Shown: positions 19,869 through 28,128, counted from the first letter of the stretch. The stretch: DNA of 53,460 bases from Acidobacteriota bacterium (GCA_022566415.1 JADFIY010000001.1:1-53460); one strand, 5' to 3'. Numbers and translations: made by a program. Notes: generated from the sequence alone by a model not told the origin.

Positions 19869-21155
19869 CTACGGGATCAGGGAGACGCTCCAGATCTCTG
19901 CAGCGAAGGTGCCGTCAGACTGCTCCGGAAGGTGGGTGAGCCAGATGAGCCAGGCACCCTCCGCGGTGGGAACCTGGTGCCGCGTGATCCCGGTGAGCAG
20001 CGTCCCTGATCCGGCTGGCTGCCAACCGTCGTAGGTTGGTTGGGGCTCCGTTGCCCATGCCAGCATGTAACGCGTATCGCGAGAGCCTGAGATTTCGATG
20101 GCCGAGATCGGGCCATCGGCGGTGAGTACGAGGCCTACGCCTGCCTTTGTATCGGGCAGCGGGCCCGGGTAGCGCTCCGTTTGCCAACTCGTTCCCCGGT
20201 CGCCATCGAGTACGGCCTCGGCATCGTCGTTGTTCTCCGCACCGTCCCCGAGTGGGTCGTAGGCGATTGCGGTTGCTGCCACCGATTGATCGACGGGTGC
20301 CTCGACGATCGGAATTGTCGTCGTCGGCGAGGTCGGTTCCCGCTCCGAAGAAGCGGCCGGATAGAGGAAGGGTGAATCCGGATCGATGTCGAGCCGAAGG
20401 CCAAGGGCGGCGAGCACGACGATCGCGACCACGATCGCGGCGAAGGCGAAGAGGCCGCGCGGGGACCAGGCCACCCGAGGCTCCTGACGCGGCGAGAACG
20501 GGATGGCGCGGAGGGCGGCGGCGAGTCCGGCAGCGTCGAGAGAGCCGGCGGCCGCCGCGGTCAACGCCTCGTCCACGGACCCCGGCAACCCTTCGGCCAC
20601 CTGGGACGGGAGCACCCAGGGATTGTCGCTGCCGGTGATGGCGGTGCGTAGCACGTGAGCAAGGGCGACGGTGTCCTCTTCCTGGGTCGAGGTGGTCGGG
20701 ATCCGGCCGAAGCCAGCGAGACGGGCTGGATGGGCGGCGGAGAAGTGGATGGCGGCGGCATCGATCGCCCCGTGGATCCCACCGTTGGCGTGAAACGCGG
20801 AGAGCCCATCGGCGAGGCCCGCTGCATTCGGGAGGTATTCGGCGACCGGAATGGTTTCTCCCACCTTGAGACGGTCGGCGACGGTTACCGCCCCATCCCA
20901 CTCAGCGACGGCAAAGGCGGAGCCGTGGAACTCGCCGGCGGCGAAGACCTTCTGGACGTGCTGATGGCTCGTGGCCGCCGCGGCGCGCACACCCTTCAAG
21001 AAGCCATCCATGCGGTCGGGGGTACCGGCGGGACCGGGGAACCGGATGAGGACCGGTCGTTCCAGTTGCTCGTCCGTCGCCAGCCACTCCTCGACATCAC
21101 CGTCCGAGCCGAGTCTGACGTTGAGCCGGTAGCGCTCTGGTAGGCGTGGCGGCAT
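19869..21155 (-). CDS. Stand-alone pseudokinase + TM + extracellular domain protein (like the C-terminal half of mycobacterial MviN/MurJ Rv3910)
   Basis: Kinase-like fold but no glycine loop. VLIRF stands in place of VAIK, and HGAIDAAAIHF in place of HRDLKPxN. One TM (GLFAFAAIVVAIVVLAALGL), then a ~150-aa extracellular domain. Confidence 0.7.
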   Translation of the reverse strand: MPPRLPERYRLNVRLGSDGDVEEWLATDEQLERPVLIRFPGPAGTPDRMDGFLKGVRAAAATSHQHVQKVFAAGEFHGSAFAVAEWDGAVTVADRLKVGETIPVAEYLPNAAGLADGLSAFHANGGIHGAIDAAAIHFSAAHPARLAGFGRIPTTSTQEEDTVALAHVLRTAITGSDNPWVLPSQVAEGLPGSVDEALTAAAAGSLDAAGLAAALRAIPFSPRQEPRVAWSPRGLFAFAAIVVAIVVLAALGLRLDIDPDSPFLYPAASSEREPTSPTTTIPIVEAPVDQSVAATAIAYDPLGDGAENNDDAEAVLDGDRGTSWQTERYPGPLPDTKAGVGLVLTADGPISAIEISGSRDTRYMLAWATEPQPTYDGWQPAGSGTLLTGITRHQVPTAEGAWLIWLTHLPEQSDGTFAAEIWSVSLIP

Positions 21156-21161
21156 AGGAGT

Positions 21162-21920
21162 TCAGCTCCGGCGAAACACCGTGAGGGATTCAGGCTGAGT
21201 GACGAACCCCTCTGATGCGTAGAGCCGAATCGCTGCTTCATTTTCCTGTTGGGTGTTCAACACCATCGCCCGCGTTCCTGCCGTTCGTGCCACCCGGACC
21301 GAAGCGCGCACCAAAGAGCGGCCCATGCCGGAGCGTTGCCAGTCGGGGTGAACGGCAAGGCGCTGCAGGTAGGAGATGGCATGCCCGAGGCCGATGACCG
21401 CGTACGCCACCGGGTCGGCCTCGGGTCCGCGGATGGTCAGCGTTCTGGCATTGCTGGTCGCGTTGATCGCCTCCTCGAGACCGACCCGGTCAAACTGCCA
21501 GAAATCGTCGAATGCGACGTGATCGATGCGAAGAAGGTCATCGAGGACCACGTCGTCCGAGACGACGGGGTGGTTCGGCGCGGGCACCGGTTGTGCCAAC
21601 TCGAGACGCATCAGTGTCAGAGGGACCGACCGCTGGTATCCGACAGACTCCCACTTCCTGGCCGCGCCCGAGCCCAGGGGCGGGGAAAGCACAGACGGAG
21701 CTCCGTTGGCGATGAGCCAGGCGGTGCACGCGTCCAGGAAGGAAGCACCCCCTCGAACGATGCGCAAGTTGGCATCGGGCGTCCTGTCGTTCCATGGGCG
21801 CGCGTCTGCCCGAGCCCAACCACGTCGTAGCCGGATCGGCCCCGGCCACCGGCCGCGCTGCTGCACGGGCGGTGCGCTCTCCGTAACCGACATTTTCCCT
21901 CCACGGTGACCAGCAGACAC
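21162..21920 (-). CDS. GNAT-family N-acetyltransferase (start uncertain)
   Basis: C-terminal acetyl-CoA motif LQRLAVHPDWQRSGMGRSLV and ...NEAAIRLYASEGF. Confidence 0.75.
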   Translation of the reverse strand: MSAGHRGGKMSVTESAPPVQQRGRWPGPIRLRRGWARADARPWNDRTPDANLRIVRGGASFLDACTAWLIANGAPSVLSPPLGSGAARKWESVGYQRSVPLTLMRLELAQPVPAPNHPVVSDDVVLDDLLRIDHVAFDDFWQFDRVGLEEAINATSNARTLTIRGPEADPVAYAVIGLGHAISYLQRLAVHPDWQRSGMGRSLVRASVRVARTAGTRAMVLNTQQENEAAIRLYASEGFVTQPESLTVFRRS

Positions 21921-21962
21921 GGGCAGCGTACCGGCGACCGTGGGGTGTGAGACGGTTCCCCA

Positions 21963-22025
21963 AGTGCGTGTTACGTATCACGTTCCACGTATCACGTATC
22001 ACGAACGACGTACCGCGTAATACGT
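21963..22025. repeat. Nine phased heptamers NNNNCGT in the GNAT / deacetylase divergent spacer
   Basis: AGTGCGT GTTACGT ATCACGT TCCACGT ATCACGT ATCACGA ACGACGT ACCGCGT AATACGT in one register. Confidence 0.8.
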
Positions 22026-22081
22026 GGACTCATGATTCTGGACTCCCGACTCTCGGCGCGGACCCTGCAAGGATGCGGCCG

Positions 22082-23095
22082 ATGCGGGTCGCACTCGTCA
22101 CCCATCCTTCGAGTTTCGACCACGTGCCGACGCCGGGCCATCCGGAGCGCCCCGAGCGGGTGATAGCCGCCGTCGACGGCGTGGTCCGGTCTGGCCTCGC
22201 CGTTGTGGAGGTCGATGCAGATCCCGCCACCCAAGCTGACCTGGTTGCCATTCACGACGAAGCGTTCATGTCCGCACTCGAGCGTCTGTGCGCAGAGGGA
22301 GGCGGCAGCATCGATGCCGACACCTACGCTTCCCCTGGCTCGTGGGACGCCGCCGTCAACGCCGCCGGCGCCGGTGCCACCGCGGTCCGGAGCCTCGAAG
22401 CCGGGGCGGCCGACGTGGGGTTCGTTGCCATGCGTCCCCCAGGGCATCACGCCGAAGCCGACCGAGCCATGGGCTTCTGCATGCTCAACAATGTGGCGGT
22501 GACCGCAGCCAAGCTGGCGGCCTCGGGACAACGGGTGGCAATCGTCGACTGGGACGTTCACCACGGCAACGGCACCCAGGCGATTTTCGCTGCGAACCCC
22601 GATGTCTTGTACGCATCGATACATCAGTACCCCTTCTATCCGGGCACCGGATGGAGCGACGAGATCGGCGAAGGTGCAGGGACGGGCGCCACCGTCAACA
22701 TCCCCGTGCCCGGGGGTGCCGACGGAGCCATCTACGAGGAGGCTTTCGCCAGGGTCATCGTCCCGATTGTCCAGCAGTTCGGCCCAGGCTGGCTTCTGGT
22801 GAGTGCGGGATACGACGCACACATCGCCGATCCGCTCGCCGATATCCGCCTGGTCGATGATGACTTTGCGATGATGGCTTCTGCGCTGGCGCCGTTGCCG
22901 CCTGCCGGACGAACCGTTTTCTGGCTCGAAGGAGGTTACGACCTGGATGCCATCGGCGACTCGGTTTCCGCCACTCTTCGCGGGCACGCCTACCCGTCAC
23001 CTGGTCTCCGATTCTCAGGCAGCGCAAGCGAATCCGCCGATCATGCCGTGGATCGGGCAGTTGAGGCGCTTTCACCGTATTGGGATGTCGTTTAA
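22082..23095 (+). CDS. Histone deacetylase-family (AcuC/arginase-fold) deacetylase
   Basis: HPERPER, RPPGHHA and DWDVHHGNGTQ motifs. ATG 22082 is preceded by AAGGA. Confidence 0.9.
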   Translation: MRVALVTHPSSFDHVPTPGHPERPERVIAAVDGVVRSGLAVVEVDADPATQADLVAIHDEAFMSALERLCAEGGGSIDADTYASPGSWDAAVNAAGAGATAVRSLEAGAADVGFVAMRPPGHHAEADRAMGFCMLNNVAVTAAKLAASGQRVAIVDWDVHHGNGTQAIFAANPDVLYASIHQYPFYPGTGWSDEIGEGAGTGATVNIPVPGGADGAIYEEAFARVIVPIVQQFGPGWLLVSAGYDAHIADPLADIRLVDDDFAMMASALAPLPPAGRTVFWLEGGYDLDAIGDSVSATLRGHAYPSPGLRFSGSASESADHAVDRAVEALSPYWDVV

Positions 23096-23128
23096 GCCCT
23101 TGCCGGAGCAGGCCGATACCGAAACTGT

Positions 23129-24256
23129 ATGGGAACACTTGTGGAAGGTTTACCCGTGAGCTCACCGCTGCCTTCCCTCGATGAACTGCTGGACAAGCTC
23201 AGCGGCGTCGGGGGATCGGATTTGCATCTGAAGGTCGGTTCACCTCCGGTGTTTCGGATCAATGGTGTCGTCCATCGCGCCGAGCTGCCTACCTTGACTC
23301 CCGACGACACCGAGCATTATCTCAACGGCATCATCACCGACCGCGCCAGGCACACGTTCAATGAGGCTGGCGAAGCCGACTTTGCCATCAGTCGACCCGG
23401 GCGGGGGCGGTTTCGCGTCTCTAGTTTCAGGCAGCGGGGCTCTGTCAGCTTGGTGTTGCGCCGGGTGTCGCCGGTCAAGGGCACGTTTCGCGAGCTCGGG
23501 TTGCCCGGGGTGGTGCTCGAGAAGCTGGCCGACGAACGTCCCGGCCTCGTTTTTGTGACAGGGCCGGCCGGCTCCGGCAAGACGACCACGGCCGGCGCCT
23601 TGATCAACCGGATCAACGCCACCAGGCGAACCAGCGTCGTGACGCTGGAAGATCCGATCGAGATCCTCTACCCGGACCAGCAGTCGATCATCTCTCAACG
23701 CGAGATCGGAGTCGACACTGCCTCGTACGCGGTTGGGATCACCGCCGCGGTCGGCCAGGACACCGACGTGATCTTCGTAGGCGGACTTCCCGACATGGAA
23801 ACGATGACGGCGGCCATCAACGCTGCCGAGAGCGGCCATCTCATCATTGCAGTCCTCCCCACATTCGACGGGGTCGAGACCATCCGCCGGCTCGTTGAGT
23901 TCTTCCCCCCGCACCAGCAGCAGAAGATCCGCAAGACGCTGGCGACGAATCTCAAAGGCATCGTGAGCCAGCAGCTCATCCCTCGAGCCGATGGCAAGGG
24001 CAGGGTCGCCGCGGTCGAGGTGCTGGTCAACACCGAAAGGGTGGCAGCCAGAATCGCCGATCCGGAGTTGCTGGACGAGATCGTCGAGGACATCGCTGAA
24101 GGCGATTTCTTCGGAATGCGCTCCTACGACCAGGCCATCTTCAAGCTATACGAGAACGGCGATATCAGCTTTGAAGCAGCGACGTCGCATGCAGCCTCGG
24201 TAACGGACTTCAAAGCGGCGGCACAGGGGCGGCGTCTGGAGCGAGTCGCCAACTGA
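23129..24256 (+). CDS. pilT: Type IV pilus retraction ATPase PilT family
   Basis: SDLHLKVGSPPVFRINGV, Walker A GPAGSGKTTT, and a PilT-type C-terminus. No other pilus genes in the window. Confidence 0.9.
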   Translation: MGTLVEGLPVSSPLPSLDELLDKLSGVGGSDLHLKVGSPPVFRINGVVHRAELPTLTPDDTEHYLNGIITDRARHTFNEAGEADFAISRPGRGRFRVSSFRQRGSVSLVLRRVSPVKGTFRELGLPGVVLEKLADERPGLVFVTGPAGSGKTTTAGALINRINATRRTSVVTLEDPIEILYPDQQSIISQREIGVDTASYAVGITAAVGQDTDVIFVGGLPDMETMTAAINAAESGHLIIAVLPTFDGVETIRRLVEFFPPHQQQKIRKTLATNLKGIVSQQLIPRADGKGRVAAVEVLVNTERVAARIADPELLDEIVEDIAEGDFFGMRSYDQAIFKLYENGDISFEAATSHAASVTDFKAAAQGRRLERVAN

Positions 24257-24260
24257 GAGC

Positions 24261-24600
24261 GCACCGATAATTGACCGGTCTTCTCGACAAAGGTTGACCA
24301 TCCTCTCCCGCTCCTGGCTATGGCCCGCTCGTGCCACGGCTCCGCAAATGGTCTTACCAAAACAGACCGGACGGCGCACTGTCTACGGAGCGTCATTTTT
24401 CCCGCTCTTGCCGCTTCGCGGCGGGGGCCGCTCGGGCCACGGCTCCGCAAATGGTCTTACCAAAACAGACCGGACGGCGCACTGTTTGCGGAGCGTCATT
24501 TTTCCCGCTCTTGCCGCTTCGCGGCGGGGCCGCTCGGGCCACGGCTCCGCAAATGGTCTTACCAAAACAGACCGGACGGCGCACTGTTTGCGGAGCCTCT
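24261..24600 (+). repeat. Hairpin-repeat family, locus 3 (leader + 3 units, period 102-103 nt)
   Basis: CCACGGCTCCGCAAA starts at 24334, 24437 and 24539. Units 2 and 3 are essentially identical. It fills the pilT-rnhA spacer. Confidence 0.92.
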
Positions 24601-24641
24601 ACCGCGATCGGCGGTCCGAACGCCGGTACCCTCCCCGGGCG

Positions 24642-25238
24642 ATGGCCGATTTCACCTGCGAGAGCTGCGGGACGACGTTTTCGCTTCCCGAGCGAGTGCT
24701 CGACCGATATCCGGGATGGACCCCACGGTTGTGTCAATCATGTCGCGATGAGGGTGGAGCGGCATCCACCACCGTCGCAACCGATGGTGATCCCGACACC
24801 GGTGTGTTCACCGATGGGGCGTGTGCCGGCAACCCCGGTCCCGGGGGGTGGGGGGCGGTATACGTCGTCGACGGGCAGATCATCGATGAGGCGCATGGAT
24901 TCGATCCCGACACCACCAACAACCGGATGGAGCTGTTTGCCCTGATCGAGGGCCTCAAGCTGGTCCCTGACGGCACGCCGGTGACGGTGTACTCGGATTC
25001 GGACCTTGCGGTCAAAACCATCAACGAGTGGGCGAGCGCCTGGGAAGAGCGCGGCTGGCAGCGAAAGAGAGCCGGGCCAGACGGTTCCAAGGTTCCGAAG
25101 AACCTGGACCTGGTCAAGAGCGCCTACCGAGCGTACGGTGATCGCCCCGAGGTCGAACTGGTCTGGATCAAGGGTCACGCCAACTACACATGGAACGAGT
25201 ACGCAGACGCCCTGGCAAACAAGTGGAGAAAAGATTGA
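24642..25238 (+). CDS. rnhA: Ribonuclease HI with an N-terminal 4-Cys zinc-ribbon-like extension
   Basis: RNase H core (TDGACAGNPGPGGWG, NNRMEL, YSDSDL, GHANYTWNEYAD) preceded by FTCESCG...LCQSC. Start at ATG 24642; the upstream part of the track ORF is repeat DNA. Confidence 0.88.
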   Translation: MADFTCESCGTTFSLPERVLDRYPGWTPRLCQSCRDEGGAASTTVATDGDPDTGVFTDGACAGNPGPGGWGAVYVVDGQIIDEAHGFDPDTTNNRMELFALIEGLKLVPDGTPVTVYSDSDLAVKTINEWASAWEERGWQRKRAGPDGSKVPKNLDLVKSAYRAYGDRPEVELVWIKGHANYTWNEYADALANKWRKD

Positions 25239-25278
25239 GTCGGAAGTCGCGAGTAGCGAGTAGCGAGTCGCGAGTCGC
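25237..25278 (+). repeat. Six phased heptamers occupying the whole rnhA-cca spacer
   Basis: GAGTCGG AAGTCGC GAGTAGC GAGTAGC GAGTCGC GAGTCGC. The run goes from inside the TGA stop (25236-25238) to the ATG at 25279. Confidence 0.85.
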
Positions 25279-26676
25279 ATGATTCCGCCGCGGCTGGAGG
25301 CAGCGCTGGCTCCGGCCAGCCCGTCGCGTCAGTTAGCGGCACTGTTCGGTGCCTCCGGTCACGAGCTGTACCTGGTCGGCGGAAGCGTCCGCGACGCGCT
25401 CCTCGATCGGCCGAACGCCGATCTCGACTTCGCCACCGACGCAACACCGGACGTGATAGAAGAGATCGTCAGGCCATGGGCGGGAGACGTGTACGTCGCC
25501 GGCAAACGGTTCGGAACCATCGGGGTGATCCGCGAAGGGAACATCTACGAGATCACGACGTTCCGGTCTGAGGTCTACCGCGACGACAGCAGGAAGCCGG
25601 AGGTGGTGTTCTCAGAGAGTATCGAGGAGGATCTGTTCCGCCGCGACTTCACCATCAACGCAATGGGCATCGGTATCCCGGGCCGCGACCAGGGCACACC
25701 CGAGATGATCGACCCGACCGGTGGCCTTGGCGACCTACAGGCGGGGCTGCTGCGGACCCCGTTGGATCCAGAAGTTTCCTTTGGTGACGACCCCTTGCGG
25801 ATGCTGCGGCTGTTTCGCTTCGTATCGACCTTGGGCTTTGCCCCGAGCGAGGAGGCGGTGGCCGCCGTGCATCGGATGCACGATCGACTCGACATCGTGT
25901 CCGCCGAACGGATCAGGGGTGAATTCGACCGGCTCATCGTCGGCGATGATGTCGGGACGGCGTTGGTTGGCCTGGTTGCGACCGGCCTAGCAGGCGAGTT
26001 CATCCAGGAGCTTCCCGCTCTCGCCCTAGAGAGCGACCCGATCCACCACCACAAGGATGTTCTGACGCACACGATCGCCGTGGTCGAGAAGACGTCCCCT
26101 CGACTGCGACTCCGGCTTGCGGCTCTGTTCCATGACGTCGGCAAGCCGGAGACGAGAGAGTTCGGACCGGGCGGTGTCTCGTTCCACCACCACGAGGTGG
26201 TCGGTGCCCGGATGACGAGGAGGAAGATGACCGAGCTCCGTTATCGCAAGTCCGTGGTGGACGACGTGTCGCGGCTGGTCTTCCTGCACATGCGGCCCCA
26301 TACCTACAAGATGGGTTGGACGGATTCCGCAGTACGCCGCTACGTCCGCGACGCCGGCCCGCTCCTCGAGGACCTGAACGAACTGGTGCGCAGCGATGTG
26401 ACGACGAGGAACGCAAAGCGGGCTCGAGCCATCGCCAACCGGATCGACGAGCTGGAACAGAGGATCGAGGAGCTTGGTCAGCGCGAGGAGCTAGACGCCA
26501 TGCGCCCACCGATCGACGGCAACCAGGTAATGGACTACCTCGGTCTCGAGTCAGGGCCCAGAATCGGGGAGATCATGGATATGCTTCTCGAGCGGCGCAT
26601 CGACGACGGGCCGTATTCGGAAAAGGAGGCGTTTGCGTTGCTCGACTCCTGGGCTGGTGAAGGTTCTGGATCATGA
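25279..26676 (+). CDS. cca: CCA-adding tRNA nucleotidyltransferase / poly(A) polymerase family with HD domain
   Basis: LVGGSVRDALL, DLDFAT, RRDFTINAM and HD region HHKDVLTHT. Synteny with Rv3907c pcnA. Confidence 0.9.
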   Translation: MIPPRLEAALAPASPSRQLAALFGASGHELYLVGGSVRDALLDRPNADLDFATDATPDVIEEIVRPWAGDVYVAGKRFGTIGVIREGNIYEITTFRSEVYRDDSRKPEVVFSESIEEDLFRRDFTINAMGIGIPGRDQGTPEMIDPTGGLGDLQAGLLRTPLDPEVSFGDDPLRMLRLFRFVSTLGFAPSEEAVAAVHRMHDRLDIVSAERIRGEFDRLIVGDDVGTALVGLVATGLAGEFIQELPALALESDPIHHHKDVLTHTIAVVEKTSPRLRLRLAALFHDVGKPETREFGPGGVSFHHHEVVGARMTRRKMTELRYRKSVVDDVSRLVFLHMRPHTYKMGWTDSAVRRYVRDAGPLLEDLNELVRSDVTTRNAKRARAIANRIDELEQRIEELGQREELDAMRPPIDGNQVMDYLGLESGPRIGEIMDMLLERRIDDGPYSEKEAFALLDSWAGEGSGS

Positions 26677-26704
26677 GGCCACGTGGCTCAACTATCGGCG
26701 TCCG

Positions 26705-27277
26705 ATGACGAACCGGTTGTTGCTTGTGGTCGGCGCCGCGATCCTCGCCGCCTGCTCCGGCTCGACCACAGCGTCGACCGTAACGACGACCGCAACGACG
26801 ACGGAGGCGACTCCGGCGCCCAGCACAACGAGTCGAGGAGCAGCTATGCAACTGACCTCCCCCGCCTTTACCCATGAAGGCACGATCCCGGACCGGTTCA
26901 CCTGTGACGGTGCCGATGTGTCGCCCGAACTGGCAATCGAGGGTGTTCCGGAAGGCACGATGTCGTTGGTCCTCGTCGTGGACGACCCGGATGCTCCTGG
27001 GGGAACCTGGGATCACTGGGTTGTCTTTGACATCCCGGTGATCGCATCAATTCCCGAGGATGTCGGCGAGACCGGGACCGGCGGTCTCAACTCGTGGCAG
27101 CGAACCGGCTACGGGGGACCGTGCCCTCCGTCCGGTACCCATCGTTATTTCTTCACCATTCTGGCGATCGATGCCGAACTGGGTCTAGCGGAGGGAGCGA
27201 CCAAGGTCGAGGTCCTGGCTGCCGCCGAGGGTCATGTGCTCGGCGATGCGGTGTTGATGGGCACCTACGCCAGGTAG
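26705..27277 (+). CDS. PEBP/YbhB-family lipoprotein
   Basis: Lipobox LAAC, then TCDGADVSPEL, VDDPDAP and GPCPPSGTHRYFF motifs. Start at ATG 26705. Confidence 0.85.
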   Translation: MTNRLLLVVGAAILAACSGSTTASTVTTTATTTEATPAPSTTSRGAAMQLTSPAFTHEGTIPDRFTCDGADVSPELAIEGVPEGTMSLVLVVDDPDAPGGTWDHWVVFDIPVIASIPEDVGETGTGGLNSWQRTGYGGPCPPSGTHRYFFTILAIDAELGLAEGATKVEVLAAAEGHVLGDAVLMGTYAR

Positions 27278-27660
27278 GCGCCGTCGGATTGAGCAGCCAG
27301 CGAGCGCGTGGCCGCCGATTTTCTGGGGTTGTCTCAACCCGGGTTGGCTCTCAAAGACTCGGGCCTGTTCAGAGGCCAGCGGTGTGGGGGTGAGCTGAAG
27401 CGCGGCCTTGATACGCGGGCTCGGGTCGTCACTGCCGGAGACCGTCAACTCAACGCCGAGCATGGTGGCCACCGTTGAAGCTCGCTGGCGGCTTCGGGGT
27501 TGAGGTTTGGGCACCGGGCCCGTAGCGGTCAGGCTCGGCATCGAGGACGAGCTCGCAGAGGCTGAGTCGCAGTATCTCCCGGCGTTGGTCGCCGGTCTCC
27601 TTGTCCAGCGCTCGGACCACCGCCTATAGGGATCCGCCGTTTCTGCCGACATACCAACGT

Positions 27661-28128
27661 ATGAAGGCCATCGCCGCCGCCATCGCCGCCGGCTTGCTGA
27701 CCGCCTCGTGCGCCAGCGCCGCCGCCAACGCTGAGCCAGCGACCGTGGACCCGAACACGACCGTAATCCAAGGCGGGAGCGTCGTGGATTTCGTAAGAGA
27801 GCAAGCCCCCGAGGCGGCAGCCGCCACCCTTGGGTCCGACGAGGAAATCTTCGCGCACCTCCAGCGCATCATCGCTGCGGCCCAGACTGCGATTGCCCAA
27901 GGCGGAGAATGCCAACTGGGCTTCAACTCCTACCTAATTGGCGCCCTCAGCAGGGAGACCGAACTCGACCCCGACCAGACCTACAACCGCAGCACCACAT
28001 ACTTCTTCGCCGCCTACTTGGCGACGGACCGCAACGCTCCTGAGGGGGACTGGCTCTTCTCGTGCTTCGACTCGAACGGGGACGGGAAACAAGACAGGAT
28101 GCCAGGGCTGAACCCCCTGCTGCCCTAA
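27661..28128 (+). CDS. Hypothetical secreted/lipoprotein
   Basis: MKAIAAAIAAGLLTASCASAAANA is a signal/lipobox-like N-terminus at ATG 27661. No recognisable domain. Confidence 0.55.
   Translation: MKAIAAAIAAGLLTASCASAAANAEPATVDPNTTVIQGGSVVDFVREQAPEAAAATLGSDEEIFAHLQRIIAAAQTAIAQGGECQLGFNSYLIGALSRETELDPDQTYNRSTTYFFAAYLATDRNAPEGDWLFSCFDSNGDGKQDRMPGLNPLLP

Noticed and set aside
24261-24600. Reading the ~100-nt arrays (also 16461-16715, 42186-42414, 46281-46620) as CRISPR arrays with a 68-nt repeat and 33-nt spacers
   Set aside because: The 33-nt segments are identical within loci 2 and 3 and are homologous between loci, so they are diverged copies rather than unique captured spacers. A 68-nt repeat is far longer than CRISPR repeats. 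The arrays have only 1-3 units and sit between housekeeping genes. No cas genes are in the window.
24294-24641. ORFs running through the repeat arrays (for example 24294..25238, 24320..24751, 24331..24945, 16185..16709, 46312..46782, 13073..13861 N-terminus, 42368..42883 N-terminus) as coding or as N-terminal extensions
   Set aside because: All three frames and both strands are open across the arrays, and periods vary (95, 100, 102, 103 nt), so no frame is conserved. The downstream genes have clear native starts with domain-complete proteins (rnhA 24642, rsmG 13223, DUF192 42437).
27185-27652. 155-aa minus-strand ORF in the PEBP-downstream spacer
   Set aside because: The translation is low-complexity Ser/Pro/Arg-rich, and it overlaps the end of the PEBP gene. 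A different frame (27450-27620) has better coding character but is only 56 codons. The region is more likely decayed or non-coding DNA.
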